The position numbers and the translations under genes are program-made. Source: Desulfobaccales bacterium (lineage in GTDB: Bacteria; Desulfobacterota; Desulfobaccia; Desulfobaccales; 0-14-0-80-60-11). From it: a stretch of DNA of 64,000 bases. The notes under the pieces were generated by a model, which saw nothing but the letters and a program-made list of their open reading frames with translations, did not search any database and had not been told where the DNA came from. The stretch covers positions 14,358 through 78,357 of the forward strand of contig JBKQVS010000115.1 of NCBI GenBank assembly GCA_052139855.1, read 5' to 3'. Below are positions 35,496-44,957 of this stretch, piece after piece; positions within the stretch are counted from its first letter, which is position 1; every line of letters begins with the position of its first letter.

Positions 35496-36725
35496 ATGAT
35501 GGTTATGCGCCATCAGCCCGCCAGCCGGGGAAAACTGCGCCTGGCTATACTGACGTTACACCCGATTCATTATCAGAGCGCCTTGTGGCGCCGCCTGGCG
35601 CAGGAGCCGGACCTGGACCCGGAAGTCTGGTATTGCTCGGACGAGGGATTGGATACCGCCGACCCGGTCCACGGCTACGGCCAGGCGGTTTCGTTCGGCC
35701 TGCCGCTGCTCCAGGGCTTCCGCTCCAGGTTTTGGCGCAATCTGCCGCTCAGCAGGAATCCCGGCTCGTTTTGGTGCCGGGTGAATCTCGATGTTATCGC
35801 GGCACTGAGGCGCGGGCGCTTTGACGCCCTTTTGGTCCATTCCTATCACAATTTTACCCAGTTAGCGGCGATCCTGGTGGCCCGGCGGGTGGGCACGAAG
35901 GTTCTGGTGCGCTCGGAACCCACCCTGAAGTTGCAGGTTAACGCCTCGCGCCAAAACCTCAAGGGCCTCCTCCTGCCCCGGCTCTTCGGGCAGGTGGATG
36001 CCTGCATGGCCATCGGCAGCCTCAACCGGGAGTACTACCGGCATTACGGGGTGAGTGAAGAGAAGATTTTCCTGATGCCTTATGCCGTGGATAATGCCTA
36101 CTTCTTTGAGCAGCGGGACATCTGGGCGCCCCGGCGGGAACGGCTCAAACAGGAATACGGCATTGCGGCGCCCCAGGTCATCCTTTATGTGGGCCGTTTT
36201 CAGCGGCGCAAACGAGTCTTGGACCTGATCCAGGCCTTTGAGAGCCTGGGTATGGCTGGGGTGAGCCTGGTGCTGGTGGGAACCGGGGAGGACTTCGAAG
36301 CCTGTCAGCGTTATGTCAGTGACCATCACCTGGCCCATGTCCATCTGTTGGGCTTTCGCAATCAGGCCGAACTCCCGCGCCTCTACGCCATGGGAGACGT
36401 ATTCGTGCTGCCCTCGGAAAATGAACCGTGGGGCCTGGTGATCAACGAGGCGATGTGCTCCGGCCTGCCGATTGTCGCGTCCGAGGGCGTGGGAGCCGCG
36501 GCTGACCTCGTCCAGCCTGGTAACAACGGCTTTCGCTTTCCCCCCGGAGACAGGGCGGCATTGATCCAGGCCCTGCGCCTGACCCTGCAAGACGGGGCCA
36601 GAGAGCGCCTGGGGCAGGCATCGCTTAACATTATCCGCGGCTGGGGGCTTGAGGAGGACGCCGCCGCAGTGCGCCGGGCGCTGGGTCTGGCAAGCCGGGC
36701 CGGACAGAGCGAGACCACACTATAA
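35496..36725 (+). CDS. Family-4 glycosyltransferase
   Basis: 409 aa. YVGRFQRRKR...GDVFVLPSENEPWGLVINEAMCSGLPIVASEGVGAA. The exact start is uncertain. Confidence 0.85.
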   Translation: MMVMRHQPASRGKLRLAILTLHPIHYQSALWRRLAQEPDLDPEVWYCSDEGLDTADPVHGYGQAVSFGLPLLQGFRSRFWRNLPLSRNPGSFWCRVNLDVIAALRRGRFDALLVHSYHNFTQLAAILVARRVGTKVLVRSEPTLKLQVNASRQNLKGLLLPRLFGQVDACMAIGSLNREYYRHYGVSEEKIFLMPYAVDNAYFFEQRDIWAPRRERLKQEYGIAAPQVILYVGRFQRRKRVLDLIQAFESLGMAGVSLVLVGTGEDFEACQRYVSDHHLAHVHLLGFRNQAELPRLYAMGDVFVLPSENEPWGLVINEAMCSGLPIVASEGVGAAADLVQPGNNGFRFPPGDRAALIQALRLTLQDGARERLGQASLNIIRGWGLEEDAAAVRRALGLASRAGQSETTL

Positions 36726-36809
36726 GGTACTCTTATCCCTGGAAAAGTGCTAAACTTAGCCTCAGCGGACCAAAATCGTTTAAATAATCCCTACAGCCTG
36801 CTGCCTAAC

Positions 36810-37637
36810 ATGAATCTGCCCCGAATCAGCATCGTCATGCCCTCCTTCAACCAGGGGATATTCCTGGAAGAAGCCATCCGTTCCATCCTCGATCAGCACT
36901 ACCCGAACCTTGAATTTATGATCCTGGATGCCCAAAGCACCGATAATAGCCGGGCGATTATTGAGAAGTTCGCCGCATCCCTGGCTTTTTGGCGGAGTGA
37001 ACCGGATCAGGGCCAATCGGACGCCATTGCCGAGGGATTGGCCCGGGCGACGGGGGATCTTTTGGGGTGGGTTAACAGTGATGACGCGCTGCTGCCGGGT
37101 TGCCTCGGCGCCATCGCCCGGGCCTGGCAGGAAAATCCCGCCGGCGGCCTGTTCGGCGGGAATTATATTCTGTTCGATAAATCGGGACGCATCAAGCGAT
37201 GCAAACGGCATCCCGCCAATTCCGGTTGGTTCGCCCAACACGGCATCTTTCCCTTCAATCCGCCGGGAAGTTTTTTTAAGCGGCAGGATTACGAGGCAGT
37301 GGGCGGTCTGCGGCAAGACCTGCACTATGTCATGGACAATGACCTCTACCTGCGCATGATCGCTAACGGCACGCGCTACATTTATGTGGATCGGTATCTT
37401 TCCGTATTTCGGCAGCATGAGGGCCAAAAACCGACGGTCTTTCGGCAGAAGGCCCAAGCGGAAATGGAGCAGTGGCAGCGGGAACTTGAGCCCGCCGAAC
37501 TCAGGCGTTACTCTCTCCAGAAGCGCTGGCGCTGGCTATTCAGATTGTGGCAGGTCATCAACGGCAACTATCTACGCATGTGCCTGGATACGGCCAGGCT
37601 AAGAGGCCGGCGGTGGCAAACCGTGGCGTGGGAGTAA
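36810..37637 (+). CDS. Family-2 glycosyltransferase
   Basis: MNLPRISIVMPSFNQGIFLEEAIRSILDQHYPNLEFMILDAQSTDNS and NSDDALLPG (DxD-type). ATG 36810 is preferred over the track's GTG at 36747. Confidence 0.85.
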   Translation: MNLPRISIVMPSFNQGIFLEEAIRSILDQHYPNLEFMILDAQSTDNSRAIIEKFAASLAFWRSEPDQGQSDAIAEGLARATGDLLGWVNSDDALLPGCLGAIARAWQENPAGGLFGGNYILFDKSGRIKRCKRHPANSGWFAQHGIFPFNPPGSFFKRQDYEAVGGLRQDLHYVMDNDLYLRMIANGTRYIYVDRYLSVFRQHEGQKPTVFRQKAQAEMEQWQRELEPAELRRYSLQKRWRWLFRLWQVINGNYLRMCLDTARLRGRRWQTVAWE

Positions 37638-37736
37638 GCCGGCCTCGTTATGACCGGCCGGATGACTAACAGTCGAGCGCCAAGTGCCAATTTCCCCGGT
37701 GCAAACTCCCGGACGACGGCGTCGCGAGGTTAAGGC

Positions 37737-38966
37737 ATGAAAATTTTACATGTCATTGCCAACCTGGCCCCCCGTTACGGGGGCCCTTCCAAGGCCTGCT
37801 GGGAAATGGCCAGGGCCGTGGCGCAGTTAGGCCACCGGGTGAGCATCTACACCACCAACCAGGATGGACCTGAGATTTTGCCGGTGCCCACCGATGACCC
37901 GGTCTGGCGGGAAGGCGTGGAGGTGCGTTATTTTCCCATCCAGGCGCCCAGGTTCTGGGGCACTTCCTGGCCCTTGGCCCGGGCCTTGCGGCAGGAAATT
38001 AAGTCCGTCGATCTGGTACACGTTCATAACCTCTATCTCTTCCACGATCTGGTGTGCGGCCGCTACTGCCGCAGCTTTGGGGTGCCCTATCTTATTCAAC
38101 CCCATGGGAGCCTGGACCCCTTTATCCATCGGCGCCACCGCGGGCGCAAACGCCTGATGGAATGGGGCTTCCAGAACGGCGCGATCAAGAGGGCCGCCGC
38201 CATCCTGTGCACCACCGCCGAGGAACGGGAACTGGCCGCGCCCTTCACCTTCGGGACCCCGGGAGTGGTGGTGCCCCTGGGAATGGACCTGGATGAATTT
38301 TCGGGGCTGCCGGAGCCGGGCGAATTCCGGCGCCGGTATCCGGAAATCGGCGCTAAACACATTATCCTGTTTTTCGGGCGGGTTAATTTCAAGAAAGGCC
38401 TGGATATTTTGGCCAAGGCCTTCGGCCGCGTGGCCCGCCAGCGCCAGGACGTCCACCTGGTGATTGCCGGGCCCGACAACGAGGGCTGGGGTGATCAGGT
38501 CCGCACCTGGCTGGAGGAGGAGGGGATAAGCGCCCGCACCACCTTCACCGGCATGGTGCTGGGGCCGGAGAGATTAGCCGTATTGCGGGACGCCAGCCTG
38601 TTTGTGCTGCCGTCCTATTCCGAAAATTTTGGCATAGCGGTCATCGAAGCCATGGCCGCGGGCCTGCCGGTGATTATTTCCGACCGGGTCAATATCTGGC
38701 GGGAAGTGGAAAGCGGCCGGGCCGGCAGGATAATCGCGTGTGACCCCGCGGCTCTGGCCGACCAGATCCTGGACCTCCTGGACCACCCCGAGGCCGCCGC
38801 TGACCTGGCTAAAAACGGCAGGTCGCTGGTTGAGGAGAGCTTCCAATGGCCCCGGATCGCCGGGCGCCTGGCCGAGGCCTATGGCCGGATCATTGACGAG
38901 CACCACAGCAACCGCGCCAGGCAACTGCCCCGGAGCACTCGCCTGGCAGCCAGGAAGAAACCATGA
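37737..38966 (+). CDS. Family-4 glycosyltransferase
   Basis: 409 aa. MKILHVIANLAPRYGGPSK... and ASLFVLPSYSENFGIAVIEAMAAGLPVIISD. Confidence 0.85.
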   Translation: MKILHVIANLAPRYGGPSKACWEMARAVAQLGHRVSIYTTNQDGPEILPVPTDDPVWREGVEVRYFPIQAPRFWGTSWPLARALRQEIKSVDLVHVHNLYLFHDLVCGRYCRSFGVPYLIQPHGSLDPFIHRRHRGRKRLMEWGFQNGAIKRAAAILCTTAEERELAAPFTFGTPGVVVPLGMDLDEFSGLPEPGEFRRRYPEIGAKHIILFFGRVNFKKGLDILAKAFGRVARQRQDVHLVIAGPDNEGWGDQVRTWLEEEGISARTTFTGMVLGPERLAVLRDASLFVLPSYSENFGIAVIEAMAAGLPVIISDRVNIWREVESGRAGRIIACDPAALADQILDLLDHPEAAADLAKNGRSLVEESFQWPRIAGRLAEAYGRIIDEHHSNRARQLPRSTRLAARKKP

Positions 38967-39844
38967 GCCACGCATCCCCCAAGAGTCCGGTATCGGTGCT
39001 GATTTGCACCAAGAATGAAGAGCGCAACCTCAGCGAAAGCCTTAAGGGCGTAGCCTGGGCCGACGACTGCGTGGTCCTGGATTCCTACAGCGATGATGCC
39101 ACCGTCACTATTGCCCGGGAACAGGGCGCCCGGGTGGTGCAGCGGCGGTTTGACAATTTCTCCACCCACAAGAACTGGGCCCTGGATAATATTGATTTCC
39201 GGTATGACTGGGTTCTGATTGTGGACGCCGATGAGCGGGTGACCCCGGAGTTGGCCCGGGAGATAACGGCCCTGGTCAACGGCTCGCCCCCGCATCACGG
39301 TTATTATCTGGCCCGGCAGAACTGGTTTGCCGGCACCTGGATCCGGCACGGCGGCTGCTATCCCGACTGGAATCTGCGGCTGTTGCGGCGGGGGTGGGGG
39401 CGTTACGAACCGCGCCTGGTGGGCGAGCACGTGCTCCTGACGGGACCGCCGGGCTACCTGAAAAATCCGGTCATCCATCATGATTACAAGGGGATCGAGC
39501 GCTATTTTGATCGCCATAATGTTTACTCCAGCCTGGAGGCCGTCGAGGCTTATCGGACGCTTACCGCGACGGACCAGCCCCGGGGGTTGCCGGCGCGATA
39601 TTGGGCCAAGGGGCCGGAGTGCCGGCGGTTTCTGAAAAACCTCGCCTACCGGTATCTGCCGGGACGGCCCCTGTTTAAATTTTTCTGGATGTATCTCTTT
39701 AAATTGGGTTTCCTAGACGGGCGCATGGGATTCCGCTACTGCCTGCTCCACACCTTTTACGACTACCAGATCAGTCTCAAACTGGAAGAATTGCGAGACC
39801 CCCAATCCCCCATGTCGCAGAAATACAAGGACATGTCGGCCTGA
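38963..39844 (+). CDS. Family-2 glycosyltransferase
   Basis: 293 aa. VSVLICTKNEERNLSESLKGVAWADDCVVLDSYSDDATVTIA...WVLIVDADERV. 4-nt ATGA overlap with the upstream GT4 gene. Confidence 0.8.
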   Translation: MSHASPKSPVSVLICTKNEERNLSESLKGVAWADDCVVLDSYSDDATVTIAREQGARVVQRRFDNFSTHKNWALDNIDFRYDWVLIVDADERVTPELAREITALVNGSPPHHGYYLARQNWFAGTWIRHGGCYPDWNLRLLRRGWGRYEPRLVGEHVLLTGPPGYLKNPVIHHDYKGIERYFDRHNVYSSLEAVEAYRTLTATDQPRGLPARYWAKGPECRRFLKNLAYRYLPGRPLFKFFWMYLFKLGFLDGRMGFRYCLLHTFYDYQISLKLEELRDPQSPMSQKYKDMSA

Positions 39845-39876
39845 GGCGGCCCGGACAGGCAGGATCGGCGGATAGC

Positions 39877-40827
39877 ATGGGCGCACCTTCACACCATAAT
39901 CGGCCCTGCGGGATGTGCGGCCAGGGGTGCCGGCTGCTCCTGGACGGGATGAGCGACGACCGCTTCGGGGCACCCGGCGCCTACGCCATCCTGAAGTGCA
40001 CCCACTGCGGCCTGGAACAGACCTGGCCCAGGCCGTCGGAACCTGAGCTCAAGGCGTTATACGAACAGTTCTATAACAACGGGATCACTCCGGTTAGCGC
40101 CTACCGGCGCCTCCGGGAACGCTTTTTCAGCTCCGGCCTGTACCGCCTCTGGCTGGCGTGGGACGGGGATATGAGTTTCCATGGCCGCCAGGGCGCCGGC
40201 AGGCTCCTGGACGTGGGGTGCAATGAGGGGCGAGGCTTGAGCCTTTACGCCCAAGACGGTTTCCAGGTGGAAGGCCTGGAGTTAAACGAAGCGGCCGCGG
40301 CCCTGGCCCGGCGGCGGGGATTCCCGGTGCACCCCGCGCCGCTGGCGCAGTTCAGGCCCCAGGAGCCCTTCGACGTGGTGGTCCTGGCCAACGTCCTGGA
40401 GCACGCCTGGGACCCGGCAGCGATGCTGGCCCAGGTGCGGCGCCTGCTGGGGCCGGGGGGCGAGGTCTGGATTTCCTGCCCCAACGCCGCCAGCCTCTGG
40501 CGCCGGCTGTTCGGCCGGGCCTGGGTCAACTGGCATGTGCCTTTTCACCTCTGGCATTTTTCTCCCCAGACTTTACAGGAATTGCTTGACTCAGCAAATT
40601 TTAGTATCATAGATCACAAGACATTTACCCCGGCTTTATGGGTGACGCATTCAATCTGTCTTAAATTATCCGGGAAAAAAGGCGTCCACAATAAGCTTAT
40701 GAGATATGCTCCGTTGGTTGCGTTGATGACATTAAGCATTAAGTTGTTTGTTCTCCCATTTTATCGTAATATTGATCGCCGGATGGCTGGAGATTGTTTA
40801 ATTGTTGTTGCAAAGGTAAATAAATAG
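39877..40827 (+). CDS. Class I SAM-dependent methyltransferase with an N-terminal zinc ribbon; compositionally chimeric
   Basis: 316 aa. CGMCGQGC...LKCTHCGLEQTWP (CxxC...CxxC), motif I RLLDVGCNEGRGLSLYAQDGFQVEGLELNEAA, and VVVLANVLEHAWDP. GC in hand-counted 60-nt samples drops from about 75% (40441-40500) to about 38% (40561-40620 and 40741-40800) inside the ORF. Confidence 0.8.
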   Translation: MGAPSHHNRPCGMCGQGCRLLLDGMSDDRFGAPGAYAILKCTHCGLEQTWPRPSEPELKALYEQFYNNGITPVSAYRRLRERFFSSGLYRLWLAWDGDMSFHGRQGAGRLLDVGCNEGRGLSLYAQDGFQVEGLELNEAAAALARRRGFPVHPAPLAQFRPQEPFDVVVLANVLEHAWDPAAMLAQVRRLLGPGGEVWISCPNAASLWRRLFGRAWVNWHVPFHLWHFSPQTLQELLDSANFSIIDHKTFTPALWVTHSICLKLSGKKGVHNKLMRYAPLVALMTLSIKLFVLPFYRNIDRRMAGDCLIVVAKVNK

Positions 40828-40940
40828 ATTGTATGCGTTCTTATCAATGGAATATTTTGCGGGCTAAGCATACAGGTAAGGATTAGTAGGATTCTATCAT
40901 ATTTCTCATCGCGCAAAATTAGCTGACTTTAGGGTAAGTT

Positions 40941-42140
40941 ATGAGAATATTGATTCATGATTATTCCGGTCATCCATTCCAGGTGCAATTAAGCAGAGCT
41001 CTTGCCAGACGTAATCACGAAGTTTTGCATTTATATTGTAGTTCTTTTCAGACGCCCCGGGGCATTGTCCAGAAATTGGACACTGATGGTGATAATTTCA
41101 GTTGCAGAGCGATTGAATTATCCCGACCTTTCGAAAAATACAAATTTGTCAAGCGGTTTTTTCAAGAGATTGAATACGGCAAGCTTTTGGTTAAAGAAGT
41201 AGATAAATTCAAACCAGATATTCTAATTTCGGCAAATAACCCCCTTGACCCACAAAGAATATTATTAAGATATTGTGTTAAAAATAATATTAAGTTTATT
41301 TTTTGGTTACAGGATATTTATGGATTTGCTATTAAAAAATTATTGACGAAGAAATTGTCAATATTGGGGCAATTAATTGGCTCATATTATGTTAGAAGTG
41401 AATTTTCGATGTTGCGGGATAGTGATCGAGTTATCACAATTTCGGAAGATTTTGTTAAGATATTAAGTGAAGCTAAAATCTTGGAAGAGAAGATAGATGT
41501 AGTACATAATTGGGCTCCTTTAGAAGAGCTTGAAATGAAGGATAAGGATAATATATGGTCGAGGGAACATGGATTACACGATAAAGTATGCATTGTTTAT
41601 ACCGGAACTTTAGGTTTGAAGCATAATCCAGAATTACTGGTCAATATCGCTTTAGCATTAAAAGATCAAGGCCATATCCGTATTGTGGTGGTATCGGAAG
41701 GTTTGGGGGCGGATTTTCTTAAAAAGAAGAAAGAGGAATTTCAGCTTAATAATCTTATCATACTGGATTTCCAACCTTTTGAATTAATGCCGGAAGTTAT
41801 GGCTACTGCCGATGTACTGATTGCTATCTTAGATAGGGACGCGGGCTTTTTTTCCGTGCCTTCCAAGGTATTGACTTATCATTGCGCCGGCCGCCCCTTG
41901 TTGCTATCCGTCCCTGAAGAGAATCTCGCGGCGCGTCTCGTTGAAACGATGGAGACCGGCATCGTCGTGCCGCCGCATGAGAATGGCAGGTTCCTGCAAG
42001 AGGTTAAGCGGTTGATCGGGGATGGGGGGTTGCGGGAAAAATACGGCAAGAATGCCCGGCGATATGCCGAAAGCGCTTTTGATATCGAAAAAATTACGGA
42101 TAAATTTGAAAAGGTGTTAAAAGAAATGGGGGAATCCTGA
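40941..42140 (+). CDS. Family-4 glycosyltransferase, WcaI-like
   Basis: 399 aa, low GC. MRILIHDYSGHPFQVQLSRALARRNHEVLHLY is the WcaI-type N-terminus, and YTGTLGLKHNPELL follows. Confidence 0.75.
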   Translation: MRILIHDYSGHPFQVQLSRALARRNHEVLHLYCSSFQTPRGIVQKLDTDGDNFSCRAIELSRPFEKYKFVKRFFQEIEYGKLLVKEVDKFKPDILISANNPLDPQRILLRYCVKNNIKFIFWLQDIYGFAIKKLLTKKLSILGQLIGSYYVRSEFSMLRDSDRVITISEDFVKILSEAKILEEKIDVVHNWAPLEELEMKDKDNIWSREHGLHDKVCIVYTGTLGLKHNPELLVNIALALKDQGHIRIVVVSEGLGADFLKKKKEEFQLNNLIILDFQPFELMPEVMATADVLIAILDRDAGFFSVPSKVLTYHCAGRPLLLSVPEENLAARLVETMETGIVVPPHENGRFLQEVKRLIGDGGLREKYGKNARRYAESAFDIEKITDKFEKVLKEMGES

Positions 42141-42343
42141 TCATGGCAATCGCGTTGGTATGGGGAGGTGGGGGGATGGCAGCCGCCTCAGGAAGCCATG
42201 AAAAGAAGATGAATGCCCGGGAAAAACGCTCAGGTTAACCCGCGCCGCTATCAACGGTCCGGTGAAAATCGCTCCCGGCCGACAGGAGAATGACTGGTTT
42301 TCGGGTATCTCTTCCAGGATAGAGAGAAGCCGGCACCCTCAGG

Positions 42344-43777
42344 GTGCGTACCACAGGAGTAGGGTTCGTGTTTAATCGTAACCAAGGCATTTTCAACGAA
42401 TACCGCTGGATCATTTCCCGGTTGCAGTGGCTCCTGGACGGGGTCGTGGTGGTATTGATGCTGTTTCTCATCTGCTGGATCTGTGGGGAATCCTTTCGCC
42501 TTATCTTCCAACTCCTGGGACTGGCTACCTTCCTGTTAACCATTATGGTGTTTCGGGCCGCCCAACTCTATCAGCCCTGGCGCGGCGCCAATCTTATACG
42601 CCTGGTGCGCCGGGTTTTTCTGGCCTGGCTGGCGATCGTGGCCATCCTCATGATGCTGGGTTACGTCACCAAGACCTCGGTTCTCTTTTCCCGGACAGTC
42701 CTCCTCACCTGGATAGCGACAGTCCCTGTGGCCCTGGTGGTCCTGCGCTTGCAAGTCTTTTGGGGCCTGCGGTGGCTGCGGCAGCAGGGCCGCAACAGCC
42801 GCACCGTGGTGATTGCCGGCGCCGGGGACCTGGGACGCCGCCTGGCGAAAAACGTGATGGAGACTCCCTGGCTAGGAATGCGCCTCCTGGGGTTTTTCGA
42901 CGACCGGGTCACGGAGGAAATCCACCTGGATCAACAACGTTATCCGATGCTGGGCACCCTGGACGACATGCTGGGGTTCGTGCAGGAACAGCAGGTTGAC
43001 ATGGTTTATCTGGCGTTACCTCTGCGGGCCGAAGAGCGCCTGCGGCAGGTGGTGGAATCCCTCCAGGACACCACCGCCTCGGTCTATTATGTGCCGGACA
43101 TCTTCATTTTCTCCCTGCTCTCCGCCAGCCTGACCGATTTAAGAGGCATACCGCTCGTGGCTTTGTGGGAAACCCCCTTCTTCGGGGTGAACGGCTGGCT
43201 GAAGCGGACCGAAGACCTGGTGCTGGCCAGTCTGATCCTGATCCTGGTGTCCCCGCTCCTCCTCCTGATCGCCCTGGGGGTGAAGCTGACGTCGCCGGGC
43301 CCCATAATCTTCAAGCAACGGCGCTATGGTCTGGATGGCTCTGAGATCAGGGTCTACAAATTCCGCACCATGAAAGTCTGTGAAGACGGCCAGAATATTG
43401 CCCAGACGGTCAGGGACGACAGCCGGGTGACTCCTTTCGGGGGATTTTTGCGGCGTACCAGCCTGGATGAGCTGCCGCAGTTTTTCAACGTGCTCACCGG
43501 TTCCATGTCCATCGTGGGGCCCCGGCCCCATGCCGTGGCGCACAATGAGTACTATCGCCGTCTCATCCCGGGATATATGCTCCGGCACAAGGTCAGGCCC
43601 GGTCTCACCGGCTGGGCCCAAATCAATGGCTGGCGCGGTGAGACCGAAACCCTGGAAAAGATGGAAAAGCGGGTGGAATATGACCTGGATTATCTGCGTC
43701 GCTGGTCCCTGTGGTTCGATCTGAAGATCATCCTCCTGACGGTGTTTCGGGGTTTTAAAGACAGCCACGCCTATTGA
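42344..43777 (+). CDS. Polyprenyl-phosphate hexose-1-phosphate transferase (WcaJ/WbaP-type initiating phosphoglycosyltransferase)
   Basis: 477 aa. N-terminal TM bundle, then a CoA-binding-like RTVVIAGAGDLGRRLAKNV...LLGFFDD. Catalytic domain KRTEDLVLASLILILVSPLLLLIALGVKLTSPGPIIFKQRRYG..G..IRVYKFRTM and DELPQFFNVLTGSMSIVGPRPH. The start codon (GTG in the track) is uncertain. Confidence 0.9.
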   Translation: MRTTGVGFVFNRNQGIFNEYRWIISRLQWLLDGVVVVLMLFLICWICGESFRLIFQLLGLATFLLTIMVFRAAQLYQPWRGANLIRLVRRVFLAWLAIVAILMMLGYVTKTSVLFSRTVLLTWIATVPVALVVLRLQVFWGLRWLRQQGRNSRTVVIAGAGDLGRRLAKNVMETPWLGMRLLGFFDDRVTEEIHLDQQRYPMLGTLDDMLGFVQEQQVDMVYLALPLRAEERLRQVVESLQDTTASVYYVPDIFIFSLLSASLTDLRGIPLVALWETPFFGVNGWLKRTEDLVLASLILILVSPLLLLIALGVKLTSPGPIIFKQRRYGLDGSEIRVYKFRTMKVCEDGQNIAQTVRDDSRVTPFGGFLRRTSLDELPQFFNVLTGSMSIVGPRPHAVAHNEYYRRLIPGYMLRHKVRPGLTGWAQINGWRGETETLEKMEKRVEYDLDYLRRWSLWFDLKIILLTVFRGFKDSHAY

Positions 43778-43834
43778 GGTTGAATGCGCCTGGCGGCAGG
43801 CTGGCAAGATTGCGGGATTAAGAGGAGTTGCATG

Positions 43835-44902
43835 ATGAGTGGGGGCAAAAAGGCCCTGGTTACCGGGATAACCGGACAGGACGGCAGTTATCTGGCCGAG
43901 TTCCTCCTGAACAAGGGTTATGACGTGCATGGCCTGGTGCGCCGCTCCAGCACCTTCAACACCAGGCGGATAGACCACCTGTACGTGGACCCCCATGAAA
44001 AAGGGGCACGGTTCTTCCTGCATTATGGGGATCTGAGCGACTCCGGGCAGCTCAGCCATTTGATCTATAATCTTCAACCGGACGAAGTCTACCACCTGGC
44101 CGCCCAGAGCCACGTGCGGGTCAGCTTCGACATGCCCGAATATACCGGGGATGTGACCGGCTTGGGGGTGACCCGACTCCTGGAGGCCATCCGGCGCAGC
44201 GGCATCAAGACCCGGTTTTACCAGGCTTCGTCCAGCGAACTGTTTGGCGCCTCCCCGCCGCCCCAGAATGAAGCGACCCCCATGTGTCCCCGGAGCCCTT
44301 ATGCCGCGGCCAAGCTCTATGGCTACTGGATGACGCGCAACTACCGGGAAGGCTACGGCCTCTTCGCAGTCAACGGCATCCTCTTCAACCACGAATCGCC
44401 CCGCCGGGGGGAGACTTTTGTGACCCGAAAAATCACCCGGGCGGTGGCCAGGATCAAATTCGGCTTGCAGAAGAAACTCTATTTGGGCAACCTGGAGGCC
44501 AGGCGCGACTGGGGCTATGCCCCGGACTTTGTGGAAGCCATGTGGCTCATGTTGCAGCAGGAAACCCCGGAAGACCTGGTGATCGCCACCGGGGAGTCCC
44601 ATTCGGTCCGGGAGTTCCTGGAAGAAGCCTTTTCCCATGCCGACCTGGACTGGCGGGAATATGTCGAGATCGACCCGAAATACTTCCGGCCCACGGAAGT
44701 GGACTTTCTCATGGGAGATGCCGCCAAGGCCCGGCGCGTCCTGGGCTGGGAGCCTCGGGTCAGCTTCCGGGAGCTGGTGCGCCTCATGGTGGATGCCGAT
44801 CTTAAGGATCTCATCGACCTGCGCCAGTGCCAGGACGTGATCCAGCGACTGCGGCAGGAAAACCACGCCGGTCTTCGGGGCGAGACTGACCCGCCGCGTT
44901 AG
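43835..44902 (+). CDS. gmd: GDP-mannose 4,6-dehydratase
   Basis: [38 protein letters not shown]...HLAAQSHV...SPYAAAKLY...[11 protein letters not shown] is the canonical Gmd sequence pattern. ATG at 43832 or 43835 follows AGAGGAG (43821-43827); the track's 43784 start is an extension. Confidence 0.92.
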   Translation: MSGGKKALVTGITGQDGSYLAEFLLNKGYDVHGLVRRSSTFNTRRIDHLYVDPHEKGARFFLHYGDLSDSGQLSHLIYNLQPDEVYHLAAQSHVRVSFDMPEYTGDVTGLGVTRLLEAIRRSGIKTRFYQASSSELFGASPPPQNEATPMCPRSPYAAAKLYGYWMTRNYREGYGLFAVNGILFNHESPRRGETFVTRKITRAVARIKFGLQKKLYLGNLEARRDWGYAPDFVEAMWLMLQQETPEDLVIATGESHSVREFLEEAFSHADLDWREYVEIDPKYFRPTEVDFLMGDAAKARRVLGWEPRVSFRELVRLMVDADLKDLIDLRQCQDVIQRLRQENHAGLRGETDPPR

Positions 44903-44957
44903 CCGGATGAGCCGGCAACCCCACGCCGCCGGTTAAGGGGAGCAGACCGGAAACAAC

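Noticed and set aside
43139-44866. A 575-aa ORF antisense to the phosphoglycosyltransferase and gmd genes, the longest unexplained ORF in the track.
   Set aside because: Its translation is low-complexity and rich in Gly/Pro/His/Gln/Arg, with no recognisable motif. The opposite strand encodes textbook Gmd and PGT sequences. This is a typical high-GC shadow ORF.
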